From NCBI GenBank assembly GCA_026129095.1, contig JAHCIT010000005.1:62001-126000 (forward strand): a stretch of DNA of 64,000 bases. The letters run 5' to 3'. This document shows, one piece after another, positions 1 to 7,689 of this stretch (position 1 is the stretch's first letter; the number at the start of each line of letters is the position of its first letter). The translations under genes were made by a program, and so were the position numbers. The stretch is from Deltaproteobacteria bacterium. Lineage in GTDB: Bacteria > JAGRBM01 > JAHCIT01. The notes under the pieces are model-generated. The model worked only from the letters and a program-made list of their open reading frames with translations, was not told the DNA's origin and did no database searches.

Positions 1-438
1 TTCGCCCATATTGGGGAAACGCCAGTCGTCGTCTTTCGGCAGATATCCCAGCACACGGCCGCCACCATTGCCTGAGCCACCGGTCTTTTCGGCTGCCTCG
101 AAGATTGTATCCCCCTTGAACACGCCATACGCGGCATCCTTGCCGCCACCTTCTCCGCTCCATGTTTGCCCGCCGGGGTTCTGTTCTTCGAGCATCTGGA
201 GGATGCGAATATCCCATCCATGCGGGTAACCGCCGTACGGCTTGGTCTCGACATTATTCCACCACATGTATTCCTGCCCCCGCGAGAACGTCCATGTGGA
301 CTTGCACGCCATGGTGCAGGTCTGACAGCCAATACAGCGGTTGATGTTGAATACGAAGGCAAACTGCGCGTCCGGATGCGCTTCCTCATGCGGGTAGCTC
401 ATCTCTCGGCCGATCTGCCAGTTTTGCACTTTAGGCAT
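1..438 (-). CDS. nxrB: NxrB/NarH-like Fe-S beta subunit of periplasmic nitrite oxidoreductase/nitrate reductase (N-terminal part; runs off window)
   Basis: Not in the ORF track (no stop inside window). Manual translation from ATG at 438 behind [78 protein letters not shown], matching Nitrospira/anammox-type NxrB N-termini. Confidence 0.93.
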   Translation of the reverse strand, partial: MPKVQNWQIGREMSYPHEEAHPDAQFAFVFNINRCIGCQTCTMACKSTWTFSRGQEYMWWNNVETKPYGGYPHGWDIRILQMLEEQNPGGQTWSGEGGGKDAAYGVFKGDTIFEAAEKTGGSGNGGGRVLGYLPKDDDWRFPNMGE

Positions 439-468
439 CGCTACTCTCCTTGGAGGATGACAAACTTG

Positions 469-717
469 TCAGCTGGACAGTCCGCCACCGCGGACCTGCC
501 CGATCACGTCGATCACAAACTGCTCTCCGTACTGCTGGAAAATGCGGTTGACACCGAGATAAAAGGGATCGCGGAAAAGCATGAGAAGCTCCTCGTCCGA
601 ATATCCCATCATCATGTATTCCTCGACGAAACATTCCGTCATTTTCCGGTCATCTCCGGGCACCAGCATGCCGACCATCTCGAACGGGTCTTCGACATCG
701 GGTTCATTCTTTGGCAT
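469..717 (-). CDS. Small acidic hypothetical protein between nxrA and nxrB
   Basis: 82-aa ORF filling the gap between the two subunit genes; AAAGAAA/GGTTG upstream, 6 nt after the nxrA stop. Confidence 0.8.
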   Translation of the reverse strand: MPKNEPDVEDPFEMVGMLVPGDDRKMTECFVEEYMMMGYSDEELLMLFRDPFYLGVNRIFQQYGEQFVIDVIGQVRGGGLSS

Positions 718-723
718 TTTCTT

Positions 724-3700
724 TCAACCTTTCCGGGTGAGCTCGCCAGCCAGATAGCGTTGCATCCATCCGGACTCGTTTCCGGGCATCATCCCGCGCC
801 TGGTGGGCGCAAACAGCCCTACTCCACCCAAGCCCCCATCTTCGGCCTTGGATACCTTGACCAGTGTCTCTTTCGGAACGGTGTTGACCGCGTGGTTGTC
901 GGCTTCGCCGCCAAACAGGTAGCTCATGTACACTTTGGCCTTGTGGAACAGGCTGTCGAGCTGATGCATCGGCATCAGCCAGCCCCGTGTGATCGACTGG
1001 TGGGATCCGTACCGGTAGTTCGACTGGTATCCCGTATCGAGTGACTGGGCCCGCCCGTCTGGGCGCGTTTCGGCCGCTTTCACGGTACGCTCGGTTGCCA
1101 TCCATGCACCGTGCTTGATCATCACTATTCCATACGGATAGGCAGGGTTGTATCTCGCCCGCAGCATCAGCCGGGAAACCCGGTAGAACGGGTCATCGGG
1201 TTTCCAACCGGTATACGGCCGGTCGGCGGGATTAGCGTCCACATACACGTAGTCCCCATCCTCAATGCCCATTTCCCTGGCTGCCTGCGGATTGATATGA
1301 ACCTGATGTTCACCAACGCCAGCGGCACGTTTGTCCAGCCGGTAGGGGTCACCAAAATCGTTGTTCCAGATGAAATGCCAGTCCGTCGTAAACCAGGAAG
1401 AATGGGTGGAATGCCGGGACTTCGGCGTAAGGCAGATAAACTTGTAGCCTTTCTCCCATAACGGGTTCTTTGTCTTTTTGACTTCCTTCCATGGCAGCCT
1501 GATGTTGCGGATCTGCCGCTCATCCGCACCCATGTGGCCGGGAGGAATCCCGTAATCCTCCGGACGAATAAAGGGATTCGAGCTGACAATAACGTTTGGC
1601 AGGTAGGGGGTCGCTTCCGGACCTTCCCTGTGAACAATGAAGTTCTCGCCGTATTCGATCACCTCGGGCTCATCGTTGTATGCCTGGAGACGGCCCGTTG
1701 GTGTGTAGAATGGCTGTGGATCGTGAATCTGCTCATAGAATGCCACTCTCGGATAGGTCCGGAAATTAAGAAGGGCGACGCCGGACTCCCCGTACTTGCC
1801 GGACATGATATCGGCGAGCTTGTAACCGCGTGTCGTGGTGGAAGAGTCGAGCAGACGCTGGATATAGGCATCCGTGGAACCTTCCAGAACGAACTTCCAC
1901 ATGTCCGCAAACCGCGACTCTCCAACGAGATCTCCTATCTTCTTCGACATCTCCGCCAGGATTCGCGCATCGTCGCGGGTGTCATAAACCGGAGCCAGCC
2001 CGCCCTTCCATATCTGCAGGAATGGATTGGAACAGGAGGCAGTGATTTCATGCACCTGCGCCTCGACCCATGAATTTGCTGCCAATGCAATGTCACAGTA
2101 TTCAATCGTCCCGTTCAGCTCGATATCGGTCGACATGATCAATTCGACATTCGGGTTTACGTTCTGGACCATCTCGTAAACCCACTTGGCGTTGTTGATC
2201 AGGTTGACATTGGTGAACCACATGACCTTGGTGGGCGTCGGCATATGGCTGTGTCCGGTGAATGATTTCCGGCCGTATTTGGGCGTATCAACCACTAGGG
2301 CCTTGTCGCCGTAATTCCAGTAGCCGGGTTCCTCGTCCTTCGAATACATATGAGCGTGGATCGACTTTCCATCTGCCGAGGGATCTAGGTTCAGCTCCCA
2401 CGGATCCTCACCTATCCAGCCCTTGAATCCGGGGCCTGACCACTTGGACCCCTGGAAAATTGCAGCCTTGTAGTTCCCCGCCCACGTGTAACTTCCGGCA
2501 CCCGGTTCACCGATATTCCCTGTAAGGATCAGTGGCAGATAGACCGCCCGGTTCATCTCCGTGGCATGAAACCAGTGATTCAGTCCTTCTCCTACATGGA
2601 TCGCCACCGGCTTGATGGTGGCAATGTCATTGGTCAGCCGCCGCACCAGTTCCTTGGGAGCACCGGTAATCTCATGGACCGAATCCAGGTCGTAATCCTT
2701 CAGGTGAAGCTTGTAGAGTTCGAACAGAGGATAAACTTCGGCCGTTTTCCCATCGAGAAGCTTTATCCTGAATTTCCCTTCAAGTGCGGCATCAATGCCA
2801 AGACTGTCATAGCGTGTGCCCACATCGTCACGGCTCACCGGGACAGCTGCGCCGGCTTTCATATCCCAGACCATGTAATCACCGAGCGTCTCACGTTGCT
2901 CTCTGGTCAGGCCCTGTTCCTTCATGGAGGGAGAGTCCGAAAGGTCCTTGGGCTTGTATCCTGGAATTACATCCGCCGGCTGAAGGCGCTTGAGCGTATC
3001 GGCACGAACCAGCAGCGGGAAATCCGAAAACCGCTTGATGAACGCCGGGTCGTATTTCTTTTCGTCGATCAGCAGCTTTGTGATCCCGAGAAGAAGCGCT
3101 GTATCACTGGCTGGCCGGACCGGAATCCAGTAGTCCGATTTTGTTGCCGGCGGCGAATATTCAGGGGTAATCGTCACTATCTTGGCGCCGCGCTCCATGC
3201 ACTCGATGAAAAAGTGGTTGTCGGCGCGCTTGTTTTCGACGAGATTCTTTCCGATCTGGATGTGCAGCTTGGTGACCCGCATGTCGTTCATGTCGCAGTC
3301 GGCCGCCTGGAGACCGTGAACGAACGGGTGGCCCGGCGCCTGGTCACCATGCCAGGTATAGTTCGACCAGACACGCCCGCCCTTGGCCTTTTCCGGCCCA
3401 ACTTTCCGGACCTTTGCATCAAGCAAGGCCAGACTGTTGCAAAACCGGTACATGCCGTATTTGCCAATGACTCCCAGAAGCCCCATGCCCCCGCGACACT
3501 TGAACAGCCGCGTTCCGGCCCCCTCCCAATGCTCCAGCATTTCCGGCTGATAGCCCTGATCCAGGAGCCGCTTTTTACCCTCTTCGCCGCTGTATTTCCC
3601 GGCGATATGGATCATCCCCTTGGCGGCATAGGTATAGGCTTCATCCCACGAGGCCCGGATGAACTGGTCCTGGCCGCGCGCATTGAACTTGTATTTGGTC

Positions 3701-4209
3701 TTGTTCGCTTCGGTGAGTTCGGGAAATCCGTCATCTGCCCATTCTTTCCAACCTTTCCGGATGATGGGGTGTTTCAGGCGGTACGGACCGTATACCCGGC
3801 GCTGGAACGTAAACCCGTTCGAGCAGCCGCGCGGATTCCATGCGTGGGACGCCTGGTTTCCGTACAGATCGGTGATGCGGTGACTGTCGTAGTTCTGCTC
3901 CGCCCGGATAAATACGCCGTTCCGGACAAACGCCCGCATCCGGCACTCGTGCGTGCAGTTTGGCGAGCATACCCATGAAAAATGGGAATCGTACCGGTAC
4001 TGGTCCAGGTAGACCTTTTCCCATCCCCGTGACGGATAGTGCCTGAGCGGATTGGCAATGTCCGTGGGCTGGAGAAATCCAAAAGAGAACCGTGGTGAGG
4101 CGAGCGCCGCAGCCGTACCGGCGGCAGCACCTTTAAGAAATTTGCGGCGGAAAATATCAGTTCCCAAGGGAAGTCTCCTCTTGCCGTGACTCCTGGTGCT
4201 GGCTGGCAT
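724..4209 (-). CDS. nxrA: Type II DMSO reductase family Mo-bisPGD catalytic subunit, periplasmic NXR/pNar clade (NxrA/NarG-like)
   Basis: Tat motif FRRKFLK; FS0 motif CSPNCTHEC...NPRGC; Mo-ligand region WSNYTWHGDQ; RGGMGLLGVIGKYG; C-terminal TPKSRHSTHS and NHAVNTVPKETLVK. Confidence 0.93.
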   Translation of the reverse strand: MPASTRSHGKRRLPLGTDIFRRKFLKGAAAGTAAALASPRFSFGFLQPTDIANPLRHYPSRGWEKVYLDQYRYDSHFSWVCSPNCTHECRMRAFVRNGVFIRAEQNYDSHRITDLYGNQASHAWNPRGCSNGFTFQRRVYGPYRLKHPIIRKGWKEWADDGFPELTEANKTKYKFNARGQDQFIRASWDEAYTYAAKGMIHIAGKYSGEEGKKRLLDQGYQPEMLEHWEGAGTRLFKCRGGMGLLGVIGKYGMYRFCNSLALLDAKVRKVGPEKAKGGRVWSNYTWHGDQAPGHPFVHGLQAADCDMNDMRVTKLHIQIGKNLVENKRADNHFFIECMERGAKIVTITPEYSPPATKSDYWIPVRPASDTALLLGITKLLIDEKKYDPAFIKRFSDFPLLVRADTLKRLQPADVIPGYKPKDLSDSPSMKEQGLTREQRETLGDYMVWDMKAGAAVPVSRDDVGTRYDSLGIDAALEGKFRIKLLDGKTAEVYPLFELYKLHLKDYDLDSVHEITGAPKELVRRLTNDIATIKPVAIHVGEGLNHWFHATEMNRAVYLPLILTGNIGEPGAGSYTWAGNYKAAIFQGSKWSGPGFKGWIGEDPWELNLDPSADGKSIHAHMYSKDEEPGYWNYGDKALVVDTPKYGRKSFTGHSHMPTPTKVMWFTNVNLINNAKWVYEMVQNVNPNVELIMSTDIELNGTIEYCDIALAANSWVEAQVHEITASCSNPFLQIWKGGLAPVYDTRDDARILAEMSKKIGDLVGESRFADMWKFVLEGSTDAYIQRLLDSSTTTRGYKLADIMSGKYGESGVALLNFRTYPRVAFYEQIHDPQPFYTPTGRLQAYNDEPEVIEYGENFIVHREGPEATPYLPNVIVSSNPFIRPEDYGIPPGHMGADERQIRNIRLPWKEVKKTKNPLWEKGYKFICLTPKSRHSTHSSWFTTDWHFIWNNDFGDPYRLDKRAAGVGEHQVHINPQAAREMGIEDGDYVYVDANPADRPYTGWKPDDPFYRVSRLMLRARYNPAYPYGIVMIKHGAWMATERTVKAAETRPDGRAQSLDTGYQSNYRYGSHQSITRGWLMPMHQLDSLFHKAKVYMSYLFGGEADNHAVNTVPKETLVKVSKAEDGGLGGVGLFAPTRRGMMPGNESGWMQRYLAGELTRKG

Positions 4210-5134
4210 GACCAGCTCCCGCAGTTGTGATCATGATTTCAAGCCGTTCCTGGCACTGGCCACAGATGGCGCCGTGAACATCGGGGTAAAATGTCCCGAT
4301 TGCGTCTTTCAGGATGCCCTTGTCCGGGATATCGCCGGTCATGACGAACTCGGCCGCAGGGAAACCGCAGAATCCACACTCACAAATAGCCCCGCTTCGC
4401 AGCCGGCGCCGCTGCTGCTGGAGTCCTCTTGCAGCCTCGGCAAGATGCTCATGTGTGATCGTCCGGTGTGCGTCCAGCCACGGCTGGAATTCGGCCGCCT
4501 GCCCCCCTGACAACTGGTCCAACACGGAAAGACGCTCGGCATATTTATCTGTGGCTGCCCAGCCCGCCTTCCGCATGCGGTAATCTGCGTAGAGGGCCCA
4601 CAATAGTGAGTATGCACGGGTGAGCTGCTGGACTTCTGCCGGGTGCCGGCCAGCAAACACCGCATCACCGGTATAGACAAACTCCGGATTTACAAGGTCC
4701 TGGAGCTGAAGCCAGCTGAACTTGAGAAATGAGTCCAGTTTTGCGCCGTCAGTCAGGCTTCCAGCTGTTATGTACAGTGCTGCCTGATTGTTTCCCGCGG
4801 AGGCGTCTTGGTTCCCGGGGAGATCTGCCCCCTCGTCTCCAGACTGGCGTGCCTGGAAAACGACGATTTTCCTGAGCCGCTTCGTGATGAGCGGAAAGTC
4901 CGCCAGGGATTCCTGAAAAACTTCGGGATACCCGAGTTTCTCGAATAATGAGTGGTATACAGTCCTGAATTTCGCTTCACGTACCGCGTCTACCGCCGTT
5001 TCTGCATATATCCTGTCGGCCTGTCGGCGAAAATCGGATTCAAGACGGTGAGCCAGCCGGTCGACAGCAGACCGGATTCGCAATTCGATCGCCGTCTCGA
5101 TCAGGAGAGGATCGAATTCGAAGTCTGTGCCCAT
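4157..5134 (-). CDS. Hypothetical protein with C-terminal CxxC...CxxC metal-binding motif; first gene of the nxr operon
   Basis: ATG at 5134 preceded by GGAGAGAGG (ORF extends to 5224); stop overlaps the nxrA start by 53 bp; CECGFCGFP...CGQC. Confidence 0.8.
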   Translation of the reverse strand: MGTDFEFDPLLIETAIELRIRSAVDRLAHRLESDFRRQADRIYAETAVDAVREAKFRTVYHSLFEKLGYPEVFQESLADFPLITKRLRKIVVFQARQSGDEGADLPGNQDASAGNNQAALYITAGSLTDGAKLDSFLKFSWLQLQDLVNPEFVYTGDAVFAGRHPAEVQQLTRAYSLLWALYADYRMRKAGWAATDKYAERLSVLDQLSGGQAAEFQPWLDAHRTITHEHLAEAARGLQQQRRRLRSGAICECGFCGFPAAEFVMTGDIPDKGILKDAIGTFYPDVHGAICGQCQERLEIMITTAGAGHASQHQESRQEETSLGN

Positions 5135-5240
5135 TCGCCTCTCTCCAAATGCACTCCCGGCAATAACCTCTACAGATGAAATATCCACAGAAAATACCGG
5201 CTTGGACTTCCTAGTTACCGACACCCCCGCGGCTCACGAT

Positions 5241-5254
5241 ATGACAGGTATCAT
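5241..5254 (-). promoter_or_regulatory. Possible FNR/DNR/CRP-family box upstream of the nxr operon
   Basis: ATGAT-ACCT-GTCAT on the minus strand versus consensus TTGAT-N4-ATCAA. Confidence 0.3.
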
Positions 5255-5448
5255 CATCAGAATAATGAAGAAGCGCGGTTTCCACGGACGTCGGTACAGA
5301 TTTGGAAAGACAAGAACTCTCCCTATGGATCCCTGACCGGGCTGATCTGAAATTTTTGGTGGAGGATCTCACCTCCGAATACCGGCCACTCGGAGCACAA
5401 GGAAGGTCACTCACCTGCCCCGCCTCATATCAGCCTTATGCCCCCACA

Positions 5449-5500
5449 GGGCGCACATGACTTTGCTTTTTTGTCCGGAAACCTACGAACTTCTACGAAC
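5449..5500 (+). repeat. att-proximal 52-bp repeat, copy 1, containing CTACGAAC twice at 10-bp spacing
   Basis: 50/52 identical to 13051-13102. Confidence 0.9.
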
Positions 5501-5539
5501 TGGCACGACGGTTTCCCCGTAACTGGAGAGGGTTAAAGG

Positions 5540-5590
5540 GCCGGACTCTTAATCAGCGGGTCGCCGGTTCGAGCCCGGCATCTCCCACCA
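5540..5590 (+). pseudogene. 3' half of tRNA-Lys(CTT); putative attR
   Basis: GACTCTTAATCAGCGGGTCGCCGGTTCGAGCCCGGCATCTCCCACCA has anticodon loop, T-arm and CCA, but no D-arm and a broken 5' anticodon stem. Confidence 0.85.
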
Positions 5591-5878
5591 CACCTTCCCC
5601 CGGCAGCTAAACCCCCGGTATCCCTGTCAGATTGCAGGAATGGGTCCATTACGGCCGGTTCCGGCCAAGACCGCCCGAACTCCTGAAAAACGGGAGCGGA
5701 TGACTTTGGGACAGCGTTTTCGCTGGCAAGCGGGGCTGGTCTTGTGACCTTCCCACAGAGAGCAGGTACAGTTTTTGGGGTGAGGTTGAGACTGGCACCG
5801 CACCAGTTGGTCCATGTTATACGAGTATACGGCTTTCGGTGATTACTCCCGCGAGCCCGAAAGCAGGCGGCCGTAAGC

Positions 5879-6136
5879 GTGAAAACCCCGTCTTCAGTCT
5901 TCAATGATCTCTCAAGATGGCTGGAAGCCTGTGGATGCAGTTTCTCCGGAGAAGAAGTTGGCCGTCTTATTGACCAGGCACTCGACCACCACGAATCCCC
6001 GCAGGTTCTGGTCTCGGCAATTCTCGATCGTTGCTCTGCATTCGACGAATACAACGGAGAACTGCTCTTCCAGTCCGTTTTTGCTCTCTGGAACGACAAG
6101 GCCCGGGAATGGAACCGGGCCCGGCGGTTCAACTAG
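5879..6136 (+). CDS. Small hypothetical protein
   Basis: 85-aa ORF converging on and overlapping the activator stop; no motif recognised. Confidence 0.45.
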   Translation: MKTPSSVFNDLSRWLEACGCSFSGEEVGRLIDQALDHHESPQVLVSAILDRCSAFDEYNGELLFQSVFALWNDKAREWNRARRFN

Positions 6137-7634
6137 GCTCCTCATCAACCCGGACCCCGGAACGAATCAGCCGGTTGTGAAGCGTGGTCCGGGGGATCCC
6201 CAGCAGCCGTGCGGCCTGGGACAGGTTTCCGCCTGACAGGTCCAGTGCCCTGCGAACGAGAGCCAGTTCGAATTCCGCCAATGTCCGGTCCAGATCGAAC
6301 GATCCCCCGAAGTCAGAATCCTTTACCTCGATAATAACCGTCCTGCTGACGGTTGATGGCCGGGCGGCTTCCGCGTCGATGTGGATCACATCAGGCGGTA
6401 TCCGGCCTGACTGGACCGTAATCATCGCCCGTTCAAGGACGTTTTCCAGTTCCCGGACGTTTCCCGGCCAGCCATATTCGCTCATCCGCCTGATCGCCTC
6501 GCTGTCGATGCCAGTGACCGACGTCCCTAGCCGGTTATTCAGCTTCTCAACAATCGCTCTCGCAAGCATTGGCAGGTCATCAATGCGCTCGCGAAGCGGC
6601 TTGAGTTCAACCGGATAGACGGAGAGACGGTAGTACAGATCCTGCCGGAAGCGGCCAGCTTCAACCTCTGCGAGCAGATTCCGGTGCGTCGCCGCAATGA
6701 TACGGCAGTCGCTCCGTTCGGCCCGTTCGGCTCCGACCGGCAGATATTCACGGTTCTGAATCGCCCTGAGGAGCTTCACCTGGATTTCGAGCGGCGCCTC
6801 GCCGATCTCGTCGAGAAACAGCGTGCCACCGCGTGCGACCGAGAATGCCCCCTTGCGCGACTGGGTGGCGCCGGTAAACGAACCCCGCACATGGCCAAAC
6901 AGTTCGCTCTCCACCAGATCCCTGGGCATGGCGGCAAGATTGATTGAAACAAACGGCCCCTTGGCCTTCTGGCTCAGAACGTGGATTATCCGTGCGGCCA
7001 CTTCCTTTCCCGACCCCGTTTCTCCCTGAAGCAGAACAGTCGTCGGAAACGGTGCCACAGTTTCAATCGCGGCAACCACATTGGGGTCCAGATCTTCTTT
7101 CCGGACAAGAATATCCGCCGCCTGAAGGAGCTCATCGGTCAGGTGGACCTTCACGGGTTCCGGCCGGTGCTTCCAGTTGTGCAATGCATCCAGCCGCCGG
7201 AACAGAACAGACTCGGCCGTTGGGATGCACAGATAGTCCCTGAACCCCACATCAAGAGCCCGCCGGGCCAGTGCCATTTCCTCATGAGACAGGCAGGCGA
7301 GTCCCGGCGAAATTCTCAATGCCTCGACCAGAGAACCGGAAATATCCTGTTCCCGCTCCAGGATGCAGACCCAGATTTCGCCCGGATGGACGGGTAGCGG
7401 ATTCAGCACTTCGCGAAGGGAACGGAAGGGCTCGCCCCGCATTCCGGCCCATCGGTTGGCCGATATTTCAAGTGACCGGCTCTGTCCCACAAACAGCACA
7501 AAGAAATCCTTCGACGAAAAACCGTCAGGCAGGACAACAACATCGCCCAGAAGTGGATATTTTGGATGATCTGGAGAGATATATAAACCCGAAATCTGTA
7601 TTACTTCCAGATAGTTACAAAAAGAGACATTCAC
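6129..7634 (-). CDS. Sigma54-dependent activator (degenerate receiver-like N-terminus, AAA+, Fis-type HTH); true start may be downstream
   Basis: GETGSGKE, ESELFGHVRGSFTGA, LFLDEIGE, FRQDLYYRL, WPGNVRELEN, GNLSQAARLLGIPRTTL. Confidence 0.93.
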   Translation of the reverse strand: MNVSFCNYLEVIQISGLYISPDHPKYPLLGDVVVLPDGFSSKDFFVLFVGQSRSLEISANRWAGMRGEPFRSLREVLNPLPVHPGEIWVCILEREQDISGSLVEALRISPGLACLSHEEMALARRALDVGFRDYLCIPTAESVLFRRLDALHNWKHRPEPVKVHLTDELLQAADILVRKEDLDPNVVAAIETVAPFPTTVLLQGETGSGKEVAARIIHVLSQKAKGPFVSINLAAMPRDLVESELFGHVRGSFTGATQSRKGAFSVARGGTLFLDEIGEAPLEIQVKLLRAIQNREYLPVGAERAERSDCRIIAATHRNLLAEVEAGRFRQDLYYRLSVYPVELKPLRERIDDLPMLARAIVEKLNNRLGTSVTGIDSEAIRRMSEYGWPGNVRELENVLERAMITVQSGRIPPDVIHIDAEAARPSTVSRTVIIEVKDSDFGGSFDLDRTLAEFELALVRRALDLSGGNLSQAARLLGIPRTTLHNRLIRSGVRVDEEPS

Positions 7635-7649
7635 GGCATCCTTTTTGAG
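7634..7649 (+). promoter_or_regulatory. Putative sigma54 -24/-12 promoter for the ligase operon
   Basis: CGGCATCCTTTTTGAG: GG-N10-GA versus TGGCAC-N5-TTGC (the -12 C is replaced); about 40 bp upstream of the ATG at 7690. Confidence 0.4.
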
Positions 7650-7689
7650 CTTGTCCCCTCAACCGCACTTCCCCGCGATGGAGGGTTCG

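Noticed and set aside
724-4209. Proof that the host is a nitrite oxidiser or anammox bacterium
   Set aside because: This enzyme clade also works as a nitrate reductase; surrounding genes look heterotrophic
5515-5590. Functional tRNA-Lys(CTT)
   Set aside because: No D-arm, and the 5' acceptor and anticodon stem strands do not pair; the weak resemblance of TGGAGAG/GGTTAAAG to a 5' half is insufficient
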